From the NCBI RefSeq assembly GCF_001194135.2, contig NC_068997.1:45441398-45475345 (forward strand): a stretch of DNA of 33,948 nt. The letters are read 5' to 3'. Position 1 is the stretch's first letter. Every line of letters begins with the position of its first letter. Positions 30,868-33,948 of the stretch are shown piece after piece. The notes under the pieces were generated by a model. The model ran no database searches. It was given only the letters and a program-made list of their open reading frames with translations, and was not told where the DNA came from. The DNA comes from Octopus bimaculoides (taxonomy: Eukaryota). A program made the translations under genes and the position numbers.

Positions 30868-33368
30868 ATTCTGTGAATAATACCGATGATGAATATCTCT
30901 TGAAATGTATGCACTGCAAGGAATCTTTCAATCAAGAATCTCGGTTGCATTCTCACATCAAAGCAATGCATTCTGAGAAGTCTGTGAAATTCATGTGTTC
31001 GAAATGCGAAGAGACATTTACGCTGAAATCCCAGCTTGATAACCATATGGAACTGCATTTGGCCACTTCGCAGACTTGTACTGTCTGCAAGAAAACATTT
31101 GCCAATGTCTACCGACTTCAGCGCCACATGATCAGCCACAATGAGAGCACATCGCTACGGAAATTTAAGTGCGAAGAATGTGGCAAAGCGTTCAAATTCA
31201 AACATCATCTCAAGGAACACATTCGTATTCATTCTGGAGAGAAGCCTTTCGAATGTTCCAACTGCCGGAAACGGTTTAGCCACTCCGGCTCCTACAGCAG
31301 TCACATGACCTCCAAAAAATGCTGGGTCGTGAACATGAAGAGTCGTCGGATCGACCACAATGGTAACGCAGGCGACTCTGTTCCATATCCTCCGGCCTCT
31401 AAAAATGGACATAGCCAGTCGGCCGTCTCTTTGCAAAAATCCTCAGGCAGTCTTCCACGACAATTAATTACATATGATAACCCCAACTCTAGCCTTCCAA
31501 AATTCTTTCCTAATGCTTCTTCATACATCTCATATCCCATGTACCCTCAGAAGGAGAACCTTTCCGACAGAATCGCGCCACTAACCAACCAGACTATTGC
31601 ACATTCTAATTCCTCAAAAGTATCTTTTAATCAGAAGCCTTCTCTAACAAAAAGTACAAAACTCTCACCTGACATGAACTCCAACACGCAGCCTTTATCG
31701 ATGGTAGTCCTGAAGAAATCTGACAGTCCTGCCGTACCCTTGCAGTCACAAGTGACCTCTCCGCCTCTCGACGAACGAGTCATCAAAACTGAGCCGTCAG
31801 ACCAGTCGGAGGTCATCAAAGTTCTAAGTAGTGTCAATATTAAGAAGGAAAATTCCAAAGATGGTTTTCCAGTCACCGACGTCATGCAAGAGAAGAACTC
31901 CGATTCCCCTCCTCTTCCTCCATCCAACTTTGTAGATGCCAAAGATGTTGATCTCACATGCCGATTTTGTGCATCAGCCTTCCGCAGTCCTGTGGCACTG
32001 CACCAGCATGAACGCTATCTATGCAAATCCAACAAAGATATTGTGCATAGAGTTACCAACTTGGAGGTAACGTCGTGCAACAGTCCGAGTAGTACAACTT
32101 CCTCGTCGGAAACAATTAAACGCGAGACGCCAAACGGCAGTTTGGAGAATGGCACCGACGAGGAGGAAGCAGAAGAAATTTTCAAAGAGGAAAACCTTGA
32201 CAAGAAATTCCGTATGCGTTCGATGATAAGCGATGACCAGCTGCAGGTTCTGAAGAAATATTACCAGCTCAACCCTCGACCTCGTAAACATGACCTGATA
32301 AAAATCGGCAATGAAATTGGTTTCTCGAAACGCGTGGTGCAGGTTTGGTTTCAGAACATGAGAGCACGAGATCGTAAGAAAGGTAAAAATGTCCCGTATT
32401 TCCCCGCCATGGCTCGTTTCAAACAACAGGAGGACTCAACAACCACGTCCTCCACATGGAAAGAGTCAGTAAAATCTACTAATTCGGCCTACATCCCTGT
32501 GGTTCCACATTTCAATAATTCTGTCCAAATTCCTTCTGGAATTCCACCATCATCATCGCCTTCATTTCCAGCTCATTCACATACAAAAGTAAACGGTCAG
32601 TTTAACGCTGCCACCGAAAACCGTGATGCCTTGTTCAATAACCAGGACCAACCTTTAGATCTTAGTCTGAAAAGAGAACCCCCTAGAGCTCACAGTGGCC
32701 ACAAACCAGTCAGTAGCAATGCCTACAACTCCCATCCTCCTCCTGCTACTCCCAGTCAGAATTTTGATAACCAAGTTCTAAACCTAAGTTGCCGATCTCC
32801 TATCAGTGTCAAGCAAGAACATGTAGATGGCACAAGCTCTACTCAAAGTAGCTTCCAGGAATCTGCTCTGTATAAATATATGAAGCAAGAAGGAATGATT
32901 GTTAACAAGCCAGCCGCCCTTAACCAAGACGCGGCCTCGTTAAGCAAGCTTTCCCATTCCAGTCCCATTCCAGCCGCGATGCAAGACTCTCTCACATCAC
33001 CTTATCGATCCAGTGGCAAGTCCATTGCCAGTGGGGAGAACGAAAGCAAACCCAAAGTTCCAAAGTCTGAGTTGAAGCAGCCCGATGACTCGTCAATGTC
33101 AAGTGATGGTTCTATAGACAGCGTTAGTAATCGGTCTCTCATCATTGACGAGAGTAAATTCCACAATGAGAAAAGTGACGGTGAGTGTCTTTCCGATGAT
33201 GATGATGAAGATGATGATGATTCCGAAGATGATGATTCTCCACCAAGACTGTCAAATGGTTTGTCCGATGGTAATCTCACTCCTTCAAAAATGAGAGAAG
33301 ACAACCATCAGACAAATCCAGATGGCACCAAAAAACCAAAACGATTACGCAAGAAGTCTTGGAAACAG
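30868..33368 (+). CDS. ZEB2: ZEB/Zfh1 large coding exon (2501 bp): N-terminal zinc-finger cluster, central finger, homeodomain, CtBP motif
   Basis: Long polypyrimidine tract and cag|AT acceptor at 30867/30868 (phase 1). Donor CAG|gttggt at 33368/33369 (phase 0). The translation contains RKFKCEECGKAFKFKHHLKEHIRIHSGEKPFECSNCRKRFSHSGSYSSHMTSKKC, LHQHERYLC, VQVWFQN and PLDLS, all characteristic of the ZEB family. Confidence 0.97.
30906..31322 (+). other. N-terminal zinc-finger cluster: four C2H2 fingers plus one terminal CCHC finger
   Basis: CMHC..HIKAMH, CSKC..HMELH, CTVC..HMISH, CEEC..HIRIH, CSNC..HMTSKKC; SGEKPF linker. Confidence 0.95.
31959..32024 (+). other. Central CCHC zinc finger
   Basis: CRFCASAFRSPVALHQHERYLC, similar to the ZEB2 CQFC...PIPLHQHERYLC finger as recalled. 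Confidence 0.9.
32205..32384 (+). other. Homeodomain (Q50 type)
   Basis: KFRMRSMISDDQLQVLKKYYQLNPRPRKHDLIKIGNEIGFSKRVVQVWFQNMRARDRKKG with R5, L16, W48, F49, Q50, N51 and R53. Confidence 0.95.
32652..32666 (+). other. CtBP-binding PLDLS motif
   Basis: CCTTTAGATCTTAGT translates to PLDLS; a variant VLNLS lies at 32775-32789. Confidence 0.9.
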
Positions 33369-33948
33369 GTTGGTGTTTCTTTGGTTATCATTATGATTGT
33401 TGTCTTATCTACTAATTGCTAATTAACTTATTAAATAAAATTTTACTTTGTCTTGTCTTCAAGTAGTATAGGTAGACTGATTGCTCTTTGCACAATGGAA
33501 GTCATTTATTATAATCACTTAATGTTATCAGTCAGTTATTGTTATCTAGAAGACGTCATCTTAAAGTGATTACAATAAGCATTCTTCTAGCTTTCACTCA
33601 CTTTCTCTTTCTCTCTCTCTCTCTCATTCCCTCTCAGAAGCAAACTGTGTGTATGTATATACGTAAACCAACTCATAAGCTCCATTGATATTCTACAGAA
33701 AATAAGGGAATTCTTGAATGCAGGAAGACTGAGAACACAGCTTAGAAAGTCAGGTAAATACCCTTAAAAGATAGTATGGCCAACAAGCCTCCACTGGGTA
33801 TTTTCTGGTCATTTTTTTTCTATCTTCTAAAGGGTCTTTACTCTATTTTCTAAGCTATCTTCACAGCCTTTCTGCATTCGCAAATTTCTTTATTTATGTA
33901 AAATGTGTGTGTGCATCATCATCATCGTCATTATTTATCGCCCATTAT

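Noticed and set aside
30864-33304. Antisense ORFs within the large exon
   Set aside because: Short shadows of the sense CDS with no recognisable domains.
1-33948. CRISPR arrays or prokaryotic operon-like systems
   Set aside because: There are no regularly spaced repeats with unique spacers; the sequence is spliceosomal-intron eukaryotic DNA.

Overview
Eukaryotic genomic DNA, AT-rich, dense in microsatellites, with many N gaps. The repeat families and assembly style suggest a cephalopod, probably Octopus (inference). The only protein-coding content I can support is the middle of a ZEB/Zfh1 zinc-finger homeobox gene on the + strand. It appears as two exons. A 351-bp phase-1/phase-1 exon (16789-17139) is rich in homopolymer tracts and carries the conserved IEEYLxRSDTAxIYP motif. 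A 2501-bp exon (30868-33368) encodes five N-terminal zinc fingers, a central CCHC finger, a homeodomain, a CtBP PLDLS motif and several SUMO consensus sites. The two exons splice in frame across a 13.7-kb intron. The start codon exon(s) and the C-terminal finger cluster are not visible in the window. The rest is intronic: several tRNA-derived SINE families (some nested or modular), Tc1/mariner-, piggyBac- and hAT-like MITEs, minisatellites and simple repeats. Most notable non-coding observations: a minimal type-I hammerhead ribozyme motif of the Penelope type (6592-6628, with one core substitution), a dense cluster of ZEB-type CACCTG/TACCTG sites inside the ZEB intron (21541-22082), and modular domain sharing between SINE families. 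All other ORF-track entries are gap or microsatellite artefacts. Element boundaries were read by eye and may be off by a few bases.
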